In this document: positions 23,801-37,794 of the stretch, one piece after another | How positions within the stretch are numbered: the stretch's first letter is position 1 | Layout of the letters: every line of letters starts with the position of its first letter | Assembly (NCBI GenBank): GCA_964187785.1 | Contig: OZ076409.1 | Coordinates: 75,270,001 to 75,334,000, forward strand | Length of the DNA stretch: 64,000 bases | Direction of reading: 5' to 3' | Source: Amphiscolops sp. MND2022 | Lineage: Eukaryota | Program-made: the position numbers and the translations under genes | The notes under the pieces: model-generated | The model's input: only the letters and a program-made list of their open reading frames with translations | Databases searched by the model: none | What the model was told of the DNA's origin: nothing

Positions 23801-26800
23801 TCTTTATCTCTTCTAAAAGCCATTGAGATGCAATCTGTTTTGCTCAAAACGTAATTCAATGCAATTTGGCAGTCAATGAACACAATTTGGTGTCTTTTGT
23901 TATATTTTTCTGTTGATATAATAAAAAATTTTGTGTCTTTATTAATTTTTTTTGAATAAAATAACTTGAAACAGTTGAGTACATTCCATCCCCCCCTTCC
24001 GGGGGAGATGGAAATGTACTCGCTAAAAGCCGCGAACAAGAGCCCATACCTTCCTGCGCTACGCAGTATAAAGATTGCATGTTGGTTCCGACTTTTTGGT
24101 AGTGTTATATCTTGGTAATTTGACTGAATATGGAGAAAAATCAGCAAGTGCTCTTTTATAGCAAATTGCTGACAACGACAATTTTTTTATATCAACGCCC
24201 CCATATTTATCAACGCCCCCCGTCCGTGGGCATGCCGAGGCATGCCCTTCGACGACGTATACCAAAATATGCGTTAGCGCGGTAGCCGCTAGGTGCCGGG
24301 ATTTCTATTCGATAAGAGAAGTTGCGCGTGTGGGTAGGGCCCCTGGCGCGCTCTTGTGTTTGGGGGTTTCCTACTTCTAAATCACGTTCAGATTTCCGGG
24401 ATCTCGTAAACTATCCATACGATTTGGCTGAAATTTGGCACACGTACCCCCCTCGGCACGGTGAAGATGATTTCCTACTGACGTTTTTCCCGCTAAACAT
24501 TTTTTGTTGACCAAAATAACGGTTTTTGGTGGAAAATTTTTGATTTTTTTTTAAATTTTATCTTATATCTCGCCACGGGTCCACGCTAGCGCTTCCAAAC
24601 CTTGCTGACGAAACCTCGCAAACTGTCTCAGGAATGCTGTGTGAAATTTTCAGCTCAATCGGACTTAAACTCGGGGAGATATAGCGTTTTTCCGGAGCGG
24701 GGGGGTTTCATTTTTCTAACGGTCCAACTTATCTTTGCCATTTTTTCGAAAATGCACTCGCCTAAAGGCCTCCCCTGGCCGGTTTTACTCCCAGCAAAAC
24801 CATTTGGCCCTAAATACGGAGTTTCAGCGTTCCAGCATTCCGGGGCGAAAAGTTGTGGGACTTAGTAAATTTCAAAAATTTTCAAAAAATTTTTTTTCGT
24901 TATTTGGGCCCCCAAAGTGGGGGAAAAGACCCCCAACCAGTAATTTGAGTGAATTCATGTGGAAAGGCCATGTTTAGCGGAGAAAAATGCCTTTTAGATC
25001 GTCTTTTTATTTTAACCTGTTGTTGACTTATGTTGTTTTGAAGGTGATGTTTGGATGTGTGAAGCATGTGAAAAGGTAATTTTTTGTGTCTTTATCTCTT
25101 CTAAAAGCCATTGAGATGCAATCTGTTTTGCTCAAAACGTAATTCAATGCAATTTGGCAGTCAATGAACACAATTTGGTGTCTTTTGTTATATTTTTCTG
25201 TTGATATAATAAAAAATTTTGTGTCTTTATTCATTTTTTTTAAATAAAATAACTTGAAACAGTTGAGTACATTCCATCCCCCCTTCCGGGGAGATGGAAA
25301 TGTACTCGCTAAAAGCCGCGAACAAGAGCCCATACCTTCCTGCGGTACGCAGTATAAAGATTGCATGTTGGTTCCGACTTTTTGGTAGTGTTATATCTTG
25401 GTAATTTGACTGAATATGGAGAAAAATCAGCACGTGCTCTTTTATAGCAAGTTGCTGACAACGACAATTTTTATTTATCAACGCCCCCATATTTATCAAC
25501 GTCCCCCGTCCGTGGGCATGCCGAGGCATGCCCTTCGACGACGTGCACCAAGATATACCCCAAGCGCGTTAGCCTAGGTGCCGGGATTTCCATTCGATAA
25601 GGAATTCTGCGCGTGTGGGTAGGGCCCCTGGCGCGCTCCTGTGTTTTGGGTTTTCCTACTCTAAATTCACACATCAGTTATCTCGGATCTCGAAAACTAG
25701 CCACACGATTTGGCTGAAATTTGGCACACGTACCCCCCTCGGCACGGTGAAGATGATTTCCTACTGACGTTTTTCCCGCTAAACATTTTTTGTTGACCAA
25801 AATAACGGTTTTTGGGGTAAAATTTTCAACTTTTTTTAAATTTTATCTTATATCTCGCCACGGGTACACGCTAGCGCTTCCAAACCTTGCTGACGAAAGT
25901 TTGCAAACTGTCTCAGGAATGCTGTGTGAAATTTTCAGCTCAATCGGACTTAAACTCGAGGAGATATAGCGTTTTTCCGGAGCGGGGGGGTTTCATTTTT
26001 CTAACGGTCCAGCTTATCTTTGCCATTTTTTCGAAAATGCACTCGCCTAAAGGCCTCCCCTGGCCGGTTTTATTCCCAGCAAAACCATTTGGCCCTAAAT
26101 ACGGAGTTTCAGCGTTCCAGCATTCCCGGGCGAAAAGTTGTGGGACTTAGAAAATTTCAAAAATTTTCAAAAATTTTTTTTCCGTTATTTGGGCCCCCAA
26201 AGTGGGGGAAAAGACCCCCCAACCAGTAAAGCAAGTGAATGCATGTGCAAAGCCCTTGTTTAGAGGAGAAAAATGCCGTTTAGAACGTCTTTTTATCTTG
26301 GCTCAACGTTGACTTATGACGTTTTGAAGGTGATGTTTGGAGGTGTAAATCACGTGAATAGTAAACGTTATGAGTATTTATCTGATCTGAAAGCCATTGA
26401 GATGCAATATGGTTTGCTCAAAACGTAATTCATGGCAGTTTGGCAATCAATCAACACCCTTTGTTGTCGTTTGACATACTTTTTTGTTGTTATAATAAAA
26501 ATTTTGTGTATTTGTTCATTTTTTTCTCATCAAATAACTTGAAACAGTTGAGTACATTCCATCCCCCCTTCCGGGGGAGATGAGAATGTACTCGCAAAAA
26601 GCAGCGAATTACGGCCCTTACCTTCCCGAGCTACGCAGTATAAGGATTACATATTGGTTCCGACATTTTCATAGAGTTAAATCTTGGTAATCTGTCTGGA
26701 TATGCAGAAAAATCAGCACGTGCCTTTTAATACCAAGTTGCTCACAACGACAATTATTTTATATCAACGCCCCCATATTTATCAACGCCCCCCGTCCGTG

Positions 26801-29800
26801 GGCATGCCGAGGCATGCCCTTCGACGACGTATACCAAGATATACATCGAGCGCGTTAGCCTAGGTGGCCGTGTCTTTTCGACGTGCTTTTGCATTGAGGA
26901 GTGGGTAGGGCCCCGCGACGACCTAGAAGAATTGGATGCTCACCGAAACGTGCAGAATTCTACGAGATCTCATAGTTTGAGCCATACGATTTTTCTGAAA
27001 TTTGGCATGTGGCCTGGAATTGGTGAGTAGGTAAAACGTGTAGAAGGTAATTTTTCCCAAATTCCACTGTGAGAGGAGATATGGGCAAATAACGGACCCA
27101 AAAATGGCAAAAATGCACATTTTTCAACTTTGTCAGCCAATATCTCTTTTCCAGGTGCCCGTAGCGTTCCGCACGTGGACATCAATATTGCTCAGCGCTG
27201 TTGGAGGAGTGCGTGGACAAATTTTGGTTTAAATCGGACTTAAACTTGACGAGAAATTAACGGTTTTTTGGGCGTTTCCGGGGTAAATTTTTTAACGGTC
27301 CAGCTTATCTTTGCCATTTTTTCGAAAATGTACATGCCTAAAGGCCTCCCCCTGGCCGAATTTACTCCCAGCAAACCCATTTGGCCCTAAATACGGAGTT
27401 TCAGCGTTCCAGCATTCCGGGGCGGAAAGTTGTGGGACTTGGAAAAATTTCAAAATTTTTTCAAAAATTTTTTTTCCCGTTTTCCGGGCCCCCAATGAAG
27501 GGGAACGACCCCCCAACCAGTATTTTGAGTGAATTCATGTGGAACGCCCATGTTTGGAGGAGAAAAATGCCGTTTAGTACATCTTTTTATCTTAACTTGA
27601 CATTGACTTATGACGTTTTGAATGTGATGTTAGGATATATGAAGCATGTTAAAAGTTGGAGTTTTGAGACTTTATCTCATCGGAAAACCATTGAGATACA
27701 AGCAGTTTTGCTAAAAACGATTTTCATTGTAGATTAGCAGAGTATTAGTACACTTTGATGTCATTTGAGTATTTTTTTCTTCTATATAATAACTGTTTTT
27801 ATGTATTTATTCCAATTTATCTCATCTCATTTTAACATCAAGCAGTTGAGTACATTTCATCTCCCTTTCGGGGGAGATGAGAATGTACTCGCTAAAAACC
27901 TAATGCTATGGCGCCAATGTTTGGATGGGAAGTTTTCTATGCTTTGAAAAAAGTTATTTTTAATTACTTGATTTTTTAAAACAATAATTAACATGAAGTA
28001 CATTACTTGCTCCTACTACTACCACGATACATCTCTAACGTCAACGCCCCCTGCTTGCATCAACGCCCCATCGTCCGTGGGCATGCCGAGGCATGCCCTT
28101 CGACGACGTATGCCAAATGCCCAGTGCCACGCAGTCTTTCCCCGCTAGGTGGCCGTGTCTTTTCGACGTGCTTTTGCATCGAGGAGTGGGTAGGGCCCCG
28201 CGACGACCTAAAAGAATTGGATGCTCACCGAAACGTGCAGAATTCTACGAGATCTCATAGTTTGAGCCATACGATTTTTCTGAAACTTGGCATGTGGCCT
28301 GGAATTGGTGAGTAGGTAAAACGTGTAGGAGGTAATTTTTCCCAAATTCCATTGTGAGAGGAGATATGGGCAAATAACGGACCCAAAAATGGGGAAAATG
28401 CACTTTTTTCAAGTTTGTCAGCCAATATCTCATTTCCACGTGCCCGTAGCGTTCCGCACGTGGACATCAATATTGCTCAGCGCTGTTGGAGGAGTGCGTG
28501 GACAAATTTTGGTTTAAATCGGACTTAAACTTGACGAGAAATTAACGGTTTTTTGGGCGTTTCCGGGGTAAATTTTTTAACGGTCCAGCTTATCTTTGCC
28601 ATTTTTTCGAAAATGTACATGCCTAAAGGCCTCCCCCTGGCCGAATTTACTCCCAGCAAACCCATTTGGCCCTAAATACGGAGTTTCAGCGTTCCAGCAT
28701 TCCGGGGCGGAAAGTTGTGGGACTTGGAAAAATTTCAAAATTTTTTCAAAAATTTTTTTCCCGTTTTCCGGGCCCCCAATGAAGGGGAACGACCCCCCAA
28801 CCAGTATTTTGAGTGAATTCATGTGGAACGCCCATGTTTGGAGGAGAAAAATGCCGTTTAGCACATCTTTTTATCTTAACTTGACATTGACTTATGACGT
28901 TTTGAATGTGATGTTAGGATATATGAAGCATGTTAAAAGTTGAAGTTTTGAGTCTTTATCTCATCGGAAAACCATTGAGATACAAGCAGTTTTGCTAAAA
29001 ACGATTTTCATTGTAGGTTAGCACAGTATTAGTACACTTTGATGTCATTTGAGTATTTTTTTCTTCTATATAATAACTGTTTTTATGTATTTATTCCAAT
29101 TTATCTCATCTTTTAACATCAAGCAGTTGAGTACATTTCATCTCCCTTTCGGGGGAGATGAGAATGTACTCGCTAAAAACCTAATGCTATGGCGCCAATG
29201 TTTGGATGAGAAGTTTTCTATGCTTTGAAAAAAGTTATTTTTAATTACTTGATTTTTTAAAACAATAATTAACATGAAGTACATTACTTGCTCCTACTAC
29301 TACCACCATACATCTCTAACGTCAACGCCCCCTGCTTGCATCAACGCCCCATCGTCCGTGGGCATGCCGAGGCATGCCCTTCGACGACGTATGCCAAATG
29401 CCCAGTGCCACGCAGTCTTTCCCCGCTAGGTGCCGGGATTTCTATTCATTAAAGTATGTTGCGCGTGTGGGTAGGGCCCCGTGGCGCGCTCTTGTGTCCC
29501 TGTTCTCATAACTGCAATTTCCGGCAGCATTCTGAGCGATTTTCTAAACTATCCATACGATTCGGCTGAAATTTGGCACACGTACCCCCCTCGGCACGGT
29601 GAAGATGATTTCCTACTGACGTTTTTCCCGCAAAATTTTTTTTGTTGTCCAAAATAACGGTTTTTGGGGTAAAATTTTGAATTTGTTTTAAATTTTATCT
29701 TATATCTCGCCACGGGTTTACGCTAGCGCTTCAAAACCCTGCTAAAGAAAGCTTGCAAACTGTCTCAGGAATGCGGTGTGAAATTTTCAGCTCAATCGGA

Positions 29801-32800
29801 CTCAAACTCGGGGAGATATAGCGTTTTTCCGGAGCGGGGGGGTTTCATTTTTCTAACGGTCCAGCTTATCTTTGCCATTTTTTCGAAAATGCACTCGCCT
29901 AAAGGCCTCCCCTGGCCGGTTTTATTCCCAGCAAAACCATTTGGCCCTAAATACGGAGTTTCAGCGTTCCAGCATTCCCGGGCGAAAAGTTGTGGGACTT
30001 AGAAAAGTTCAAAAATTTTCAAAAAATTTTTTTTCCGTTTTCCGCCCTCCCCCCCTAGGGGAAAAGACCCCCCAACCAGTAATTTGAGTGAATTCATGTG
30101 GAAAGGCCATGTTTAGAGGAGAAAAATGCCGTTTAGAACGTCTTTTTATCTTGGCTCAACGTTGACTTATGACGTTTTGAAGGTGGTGTTTGCAGGTGTA
30201 AAGCACGCGAATAGTAAACGTTATGAGTATTTATCTGATCTGAAAGCCATTGAGATGAATATGGTTTGCTCAAAACGTAATTCATGGCAGTTTGGCAATC
30301 AATCAACACCCTTTGTTGTCGTTTGACATACTTTTTTGTTGTTATAATAAAAAATTTTGTGTATTTATTCATTTTTTTCTCATCAAATAACTTGAAACAG
30401 TTGAGTACATTCCATCCCCCCCTTCCGGGGGAGATGAGAATGTACTCGCAAAAAGCACCGAACTACGGCCCTAACCTTCCCGAGCTACGCAGTATAAGGA
30501 TTACATATTGGTTCCGACATTTTCATAGAGTTAAATCTTGGTAATCTGTCTGGATATGCAGAAAAACCAGCACGTGCTTTTTTATACCAAGTTGCTTACA
30601 ACGACAATTATTTTATATCAACGCCCCCATATTTATCAACGCCCCCCGTCCGTGGGCATGCCGAGGCATGCCCTTCGACGACGTATACCAAGATATTCCC
30701 GAGCGCGTTAGCCTAGGTGCCGGGATTTCTATTCGATAAGGAATTCTGCGCGTGTGGGTAGGGCCCCTGGCGCGCTCCTGTGTTTTCGGTTTTCCTACTC
30801 CAAATTCACACCCCAGTTATCTCCGATCTCGTAAACTATCCATACGATTTGGCTGAAATTTGGCACACGTACCCCCCTCGGCACGGTGAAGATGATTTCC
30901 TACTGACGTTTTTCCCGCTAAACATTTTTTGTTGACCAAAATAACGGTTTTTGGGGTAAAATTTTCAACTTTTTTTAAATTTTATCTTATATCTCGCCAC
31001 GGGTACACGCTAGCGCTTCCAAACCTTGCTGACGAAAGTTTGCAAACTGTCTCAGGAATGCTGTGTGAAATTTTCAGCTCAATCGGACTTAAACTCGAGG
31101 AGATATAGCGTTTTTCCGGAGCGGGGGGGTTTCATTTTTCTAACGGTCCAGCTTATCTTTGCCATTTTTTCGAAAATGCACTCGCCTAAAGGCCTCCCCT
31201 GGCCGGTTTTATTCCCAGCAAAACCATTTGGCCCTAAATACGGAGTTTCAGCGTTCCAGCATTCCCGGGCGAAAAGTTGTGGGACTTAGAAAATTTCAAA
31301 AATTTTCAAAAATTTTTTTTCCGTTATTTGGGCCCCCAAAGTGGGGGAAAAGACCCCCCAACCAGTAAAGCAAGTGAATGCATGTGCAAAGCCCTTGTTT
31401 AGAGGAGAAAAATGCCGTTTAGAACGTCTTTTTATCTTGGCTCAACGTTGACTTATGACGTTTTGAAGGTGATGTTTGGAGGTGTAAATCACGTGAATAG
31501 TAAACGTTATGAGTATTTATCTGATCTGAAAGCCATTGAGATGCAATATGGTTTGCTCAAAACGTAATTCATGGCAGTTTGGCAATCAATCAACACCCTT
31601 TGTTGTCGTTTGACATACTTTTTTGTTGTTATAATAAAAATTTTGTGTATTTGTTCATTTTTTTCTCATCAAATAACTTGAAACAGTTGAGTACATTCCA
31701 TCCCCCCTTCCGGGGGAGATGAGAATGTACTCGCAAAAAGCAGCGAATTACGGCCCTTACCTTCCCGAGCTACGCAGTATAAGGATTACATATTGGTTCC
31801 GACATTTTCATAGAGTTAAATCTTGGTAATCTGTCTGGATATGCAGAAAAATCAGCACGTGCCTTTTAATACCAAGTTGCTCACAACGACAATTATTTTA
31901 TATCAACGCCCCCATATTTATCAACGCCCCCCGTCCGTGGGCATGCCGAGGCATGCCCTTCGACGACGTATACCAAGATATACATCGAGCGCGTTAGCCT
32001 AGGTGCCGGGATTTTCTATTCGACAAGTTTGCGCGCCTTGGGGAGGGTCCCTTTGCGCGCTTTAAGATCCAGGTGTTTCCAACTCCTAAACGGGCATGTG
32101 ATTTCGACGATCTCCTAAACTAGCCATACGATTTGGCTGAAATTTGGCACACGTACCCCCCTCGGCACGGTGAAGATGATTCCCCACTGACGTTTTGCTC
32201 GCTAAACATTTTTTGTTGACCAAAATAACGGTTTTTGGGGTAAAATTTTCAACTTTTTTTAAATTTCATCTTATATCTCGCCACGGGTTTACGCTAGCGC
32301 TTCCAAACCTTGCTGACGAAAATTTGCAAACTGTCTCAGGAATGCTGTGTGAAATTTTCAGCTCAATCGGACTTAAACTTGGGGAGATATAGCGTTTTTC
32401 CGGAGCGGGGGGGTTTCATTTTTCTAACGGTCCAGCTTATCTTTGCCATTTTTTCGAAAATGCACTCGCCTAAAGGCCTCCCCTGGCCGGTTTTATTCCC
32501 AGCAAAACCATTTGGCCCTAAATACGGAGTTTCAGCGTTCTAGCATTCCCGGGCGAAAAGTTGTGGGACTTAGAAACTTTCAAAAATTTTCAAAAAATTT
32601 TTTTCCGTTATTTGGGCCCTCAAAGTGGTGGAAAAGACCCCCCAACCAGTAAAGCAAGTGAATGCATGTGGAAAGCCCTTGTTTAGACGAGAAAAATGCC
32701 GTTTATAACGTCTTTTTATCTTAACTTGACATTGACTTTTGTCGTTTTGAAGGTGACCGTTAGATACGGAAAATTGATGTTTTGAGTGTTTATCCCATCT

Positions 32801-35800
32801 GAAAGCCATTGAGATACAACATGTTTTGCTCAAAACGTGTTTCATTGCAGTTTCGCTGTCCATTGACACCCTTTGGTGTCTTTTGACGTAATTTTCTTTT
32901 CTATAATAACAATTTCTTTGTGTATTTATTCATTTTTTTCTCATCAAATAACTTGAAACAGTTGAGTACATTCCATCTCCCTTCCCGGGGGAGATGAGAA
33001 TGTACTCGCTAAAGGTCAGGAACTACGGTCTATATCTTCCACAACACAAAAGAGATTGCAAATTGTTTCAGTTTGTCGCAGAAAACTTCTTTTTGCACTC
33101 TGTGACTCGACAAAGTGAACGTTTCTTACTTACTTTGAATCTCACCATACCACAACTCATCTCTAACGTCAACGCCCCCCACACACATCAACGCCCCCCG
33201 TCCGTGGGCATGCCGAGGCATGCCCTTCGACGACGTATAGCAAAATATATTCGAACGCGGTAGCAGCTAGGTGCCGGGATTACTATTCATTCAAGTAAGT
33301 TGCGCGTGTGGGTAGGGCCCCTGGCGCGCTCTTTTATTTCGGGTACACCTACTCCAAATTCACGATGTGATTTCGACGATCTCGTAAACTAGCCACACGA
33401 TTTGGCTGAAATTTGGCACACAGCTCCGTTGGAACATTGTAAGAACAAATCCCTACTGACGTTTTGCCCGCTAAACATTTTTTGTTGGTCAAAAATGCGA
33501 TTTTCCGACAAAATTTTTGACTTTTTTTTCTTTTTCAACTCATATCTCGCCACAGGGTCACGCTAGCGCTTTGCAATCTATGATCTTTTTTTGTAGGGCA
33601 TTGCATGTAGAACACGTATACCAAATTTGGTGGCAATCGGACTTAAACTCGGGGAGATATAACGATTTTTTAGGTGCATTTTTTGACATTTTTTGCATTT
33701 GCTGATTTATCTTTGCCGTTTTTTGCCCAGATTTTTTTTGAGACACTCTCCTAAAGAACTCCCCTGGCCGGTTTACCTCCCAGCAAAACCATTTGGCCCT
33801 AAATACGAAGTTTCAGCGTTCTAGCATTCCCGGGCGAAAAGTTGTGGGACTTAGAATAATTTTTTGGAAACGCAAAATGTGTAAAGTCAACTTCAGGCCT
33901 CCCAAAGTCAGGGAACTTCCACACAACTAGGATTGCAAGTGGATGCGTGTGGAAAGTACTGTGATAGACGAGAAAAATGAGCTATAGAACGACTCTGTAG
34001 CTTAACTTGACGTTGACTTATGATGTTTTGAATGTGTGCTTGCTAAGGGGTCCGAAATTGAAAATTTTTAAAGAAAATTAATATCGTCAAAAATTCATCG
34101 GAATGCCTGCAATATACAGTAGAGCGTGTTCAATTGTAGCTGACTAATGCACCAACGCCGTTCAAGGCCTTTTTACTCAGTTTCAAATTTTTTTACACTG
34201 TATTATCCATCCGAGAGTTCGAAACAGTTGAGTACATTCCATCTCCCTCCCGAGGGAGATGAGAATGTACTCGCTAAAGTCCAGATACCACGACCCATAT
34301 TTGTTTCTCTGCGACGCAAACATTTGCTAGTGCACATAAATAGTGATCTTTTGACTGAATTCTGTATTTACATTGACGTGACATATGCTGAACGTTCGGT
34401 TCTTACAACATACACATGACAAACGTCAACGCCACATACTGTTACCAACGCCCACCGTCCGTGGGCATGCCGAGGCATGCCCTTCGACGACGTATGCCAA
34501 ATACCTTTGACCTACGCGCACTCTCCCGCTAGGTGCCGGGATTTCCATTCGATAAGGAATTCTGCGCGTGTGGGTAGGGCCCCTGGCGCGCTCCTGTGTT
34601 TTCGGTTTTCCTACTCCAAATTCACACCCCAGTTATCTCCGATCTCGTAAACTATCCATACGATTTGGCTGAAATTTGGCACACGTACCCCCCTCGGCAC
34701 GCTGAAGATGATTCCCTACTGACGTTTTGCTCGCTAAACATTTTTTGTTGACCAAAATAACGGTTTTTGGGGTAAAATTTTCAACTTTTTTTAAATTTCA
34801 TCTTATATCTCGCCACGGGTACACGCTAGCGCTTCCAAAACTTGCTGACGAAAGCTTGCAAACTGTCTCAGGAATGCGGTGTGAAATTTTCAGCTCAATC
34901 GGACTTAAACTCGGGGAGATATAGCGTTTTTCCGGAGCGGGGGGGTTTCATTTTTCTAACGGTCCAGCTTATCTTAGCCATTTTTTCGAAAATGTAATCG
35001 CCTAAAGGCCTCCCCTGGCCGGTTTTACTCCCAGCAAAACCATTTGGCCCTAAATACGGAGTTTCAGCGTTCCAGCATTCCCGGGCGAAAAGTTGTGGGA
35101 CTTAGAAAATTTCAAAAATTTTCAAAATTTTTTTTTCCGTTATTTGGGCCCCCAAAGTGGGGGAAAAGACCCCCCAACCAGTAAAGCAAGTGAATGCATG
35201 TGCAAAGCCCTTGTTTGGACGAGAAAAATGCCGTTTAGAACGTCTTTTTATCTTGGCTCAACGTTGACTTATGACGTTTTGAAGGTGATGTTTGGAGGTG
35301 TAAAGCACGTGAATAGTAAACGTTATGAGTATTTATCTGATCTGAAAGCCATTGAGATGCAATATGGTTTGCTCAAAACGTAATTCATTGCAGTTTGACA
35401 ATCAATCAACACCCTTTGTTGTCGTTTGACATATTTTTTTGTTGTTATAATAAAAAATTTTGTGTATTTATTCATTTTTTTCTCATCAAATAACTTGAAA
35501 GAGTTGAGTACATTCCATCCCCCCCTTCCGGGGGAGATGAGAATGTACTCGCAAAAAGCACCGAACTACGGCCCTTACCTTCCCGAGCTACGCAGTATAA
35601 GGATTACATATTGGTTCCGACTTTTTCATAGAGTTATATCTTGGTAATCTGTCTGGATATGCCGAAAAATCAGCACGTGCCTTTTAATACCAAGTTGCTC
35701 ACAACAACAATTCTTTTATATCAACGCCCCCATATTTATCAACGCCCCCCGTCCGTGGGCATGCCGAGGCATGCCCTTCGACGACGTATACCAAGATATG

Positions 35801-35819
35801 CCATAACGCGTTAGCCTAG
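8900..35819 (+). mobile_element. Run of 21 family B units (1262-1311 bp) of intermixed subfamilies
   Basis: 5' types: B1 (GTGCCGG..., most units), B2 (GTGGCCGTGTC; 26864, 28149), B3 (GTGGCCGGAAATT; 8900, 11460, 15325), B4 (body CACAGCTCCGTTGGAAC; 17886, 33271). Unit 11460-12745 is precisely absent in copy 2. Confidence 0.8.
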
Positions 35820-37794
35820 GTGCGGGGGGGTAACCCCTACAAAGATATTGGAGGATTCGGGTAGGGTCCTGAATCCGATCTTAGTACCGCCAGCTATCAG
35901 TAGAAAATTTCCCTCAAAAACCGGGATCTCGGGAACTAACCGTAGGATTTGAAAGTTGGAGCGGCCCCCACCAGATTTTCCCGAATAGATCGCCCCCCAC
36001 CGGGCTCCATACCCCGGAAAATTTTTTTTTGGCCACACGGGCGACAGTTAGGGGGTCATTTTAGGGGTAAAATTCATATTGGTCCATATAACTTTTTTCC
36101 TGTTGGTTTAAAAGTTTGGGAACCCTGCTAAAGGTTTTTCGACCATGTTGCAAGGGCTCCGGAGGTGCAAACCAAATTTTTCTATCTTGAAGCTATCTCC
36201 AAGTACCCCCCCGCTCAAACCGTTATTTTTCCGGAAACGCAGGTTTTTGACCCGGAAGGAGTCGTCTGAGCGCGGGGTCGTTAGGTGATGTTTTGGGGAC
36301 GGCCTTGAGACAAAGTGGGGGACATGTAGTTTACCAACCTCAATTTACCCCCCGGACGGGAAATGACCGTTATATGAGCGGAAAAAATGCCCCCCTTCAC
36401 GTTTTACCGCTATTTCCGGTGTGAAGGTGTGGGAGAGCGCGTCGGGTGCCATATATCAAAAGTAGGTTTAGACAAAGACCTATCGGAAACATGTGGTTTG
36501 GGACCCCCTGACCCAACCCGTTAGCGGGAAATGGGGCTTCCGCCTCCTTTTTTTACGGTTAAAAACGGAAAATGGGCATTGAGGGGTAAATATCTCGTGA
36601 ACGCGTGGAGCTACGGTGTCCTTCACTACTACAAGTTTTCATACCCATGATATGGTGCCTTCAGGGGGGCAAACAGATTTCCGCTATCTATCACTGTTAC
36701 GGACTTGGCCCCCCAGCCTAACCGCTATGTGACCGGAAATGTCACTTTTTGAGCCCAAAGGGTCGGTCCCAGCCAGGGAACGTTAGATAACTTTTTGTAG
36801 TACTCATTGAGACGAGTTGGGGGACATAGTTTCAGTCACCCCCCGTTACCCCTTGTGACCGGAAATGACCGTTATGTGGGTAAAATTGGGATTTTTGTAC
36901 TTTTTGAAGGGCAATTAGGTGCGGAAGGAGTGGTAATAGGTGCTTGGACACTATATGATGGAATGGAGGACGTGAGGCGAACATTCAGACATAACCGTTA
37001 TGTTGACCCTAAAGTCCCCCTGGTACCGTAAACGACCGGAAATGGTCAAATTTTGTGTCTATTGGGTACAAATGTTTGGTATTTTGTAAATAAAAGTATC
37101 TATTAGGTGTTTCGACGGTCTGCAGTAGTGAACATAGTCATGAAACCTTGTCGGGGGGTAACGGTATATAGCACCGGAAGTCCAAAACGTTAGAGACGGG
37201 ATAGGTTTTTCCGTTTTAAAATGTCTTTCGGCGTACTTTTGTCAACTAATATGGAATATTTTGTAAAATTAAAGTTTTTCCATATAGTTTCAGAGACTCC
37301 CAAACCTCAAACAACATAACCGTTACCTTATGATAGCCTTTCAAGTTGGCCTGGTGTCAACTTGGAAGGGCTATCCTTCAAAAATCATTGATCAAGTGTG
37401 TTTTTGGGTATGTTTGAATCATTTTAGAATCAATTAGAGCTTCAAGAAATGTTTGCCAACGACAAAAACTATGTCGCGATGATTCCGTTATTAGAGTAAT
37501 AGTTAACAAAATATTGATTAAGTTGATTTTTTACATTTCAAAAGTGTCCTAAAAGCCAGAAAACCTCTTTACCAAACAAATGGTATTGATTGGATTGTAT
37601 ATAACAGGTAATAAAAGTTCAAATTGATTATTACGTTTTATTATGTGAGCTGAAACGTCATATTATAGTTTAATTAACGTCAACGCCACATACTTTACAC
37701 CAACGCCCACCGTCTGTGGGCATGCCGAGGCATGCCCTTCGACGACGTATACCAAATACATTTCATATCTACACCCACCCGCGGTAGCAGCTAG
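35820..37794 (+). mobile_element. Family A unit, second subfamily (1975 bp)
   Basis: Same start, internal motifs and 3' block as 743-2736, but the first ~350 bp are diverged. Confidence 0.7.
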
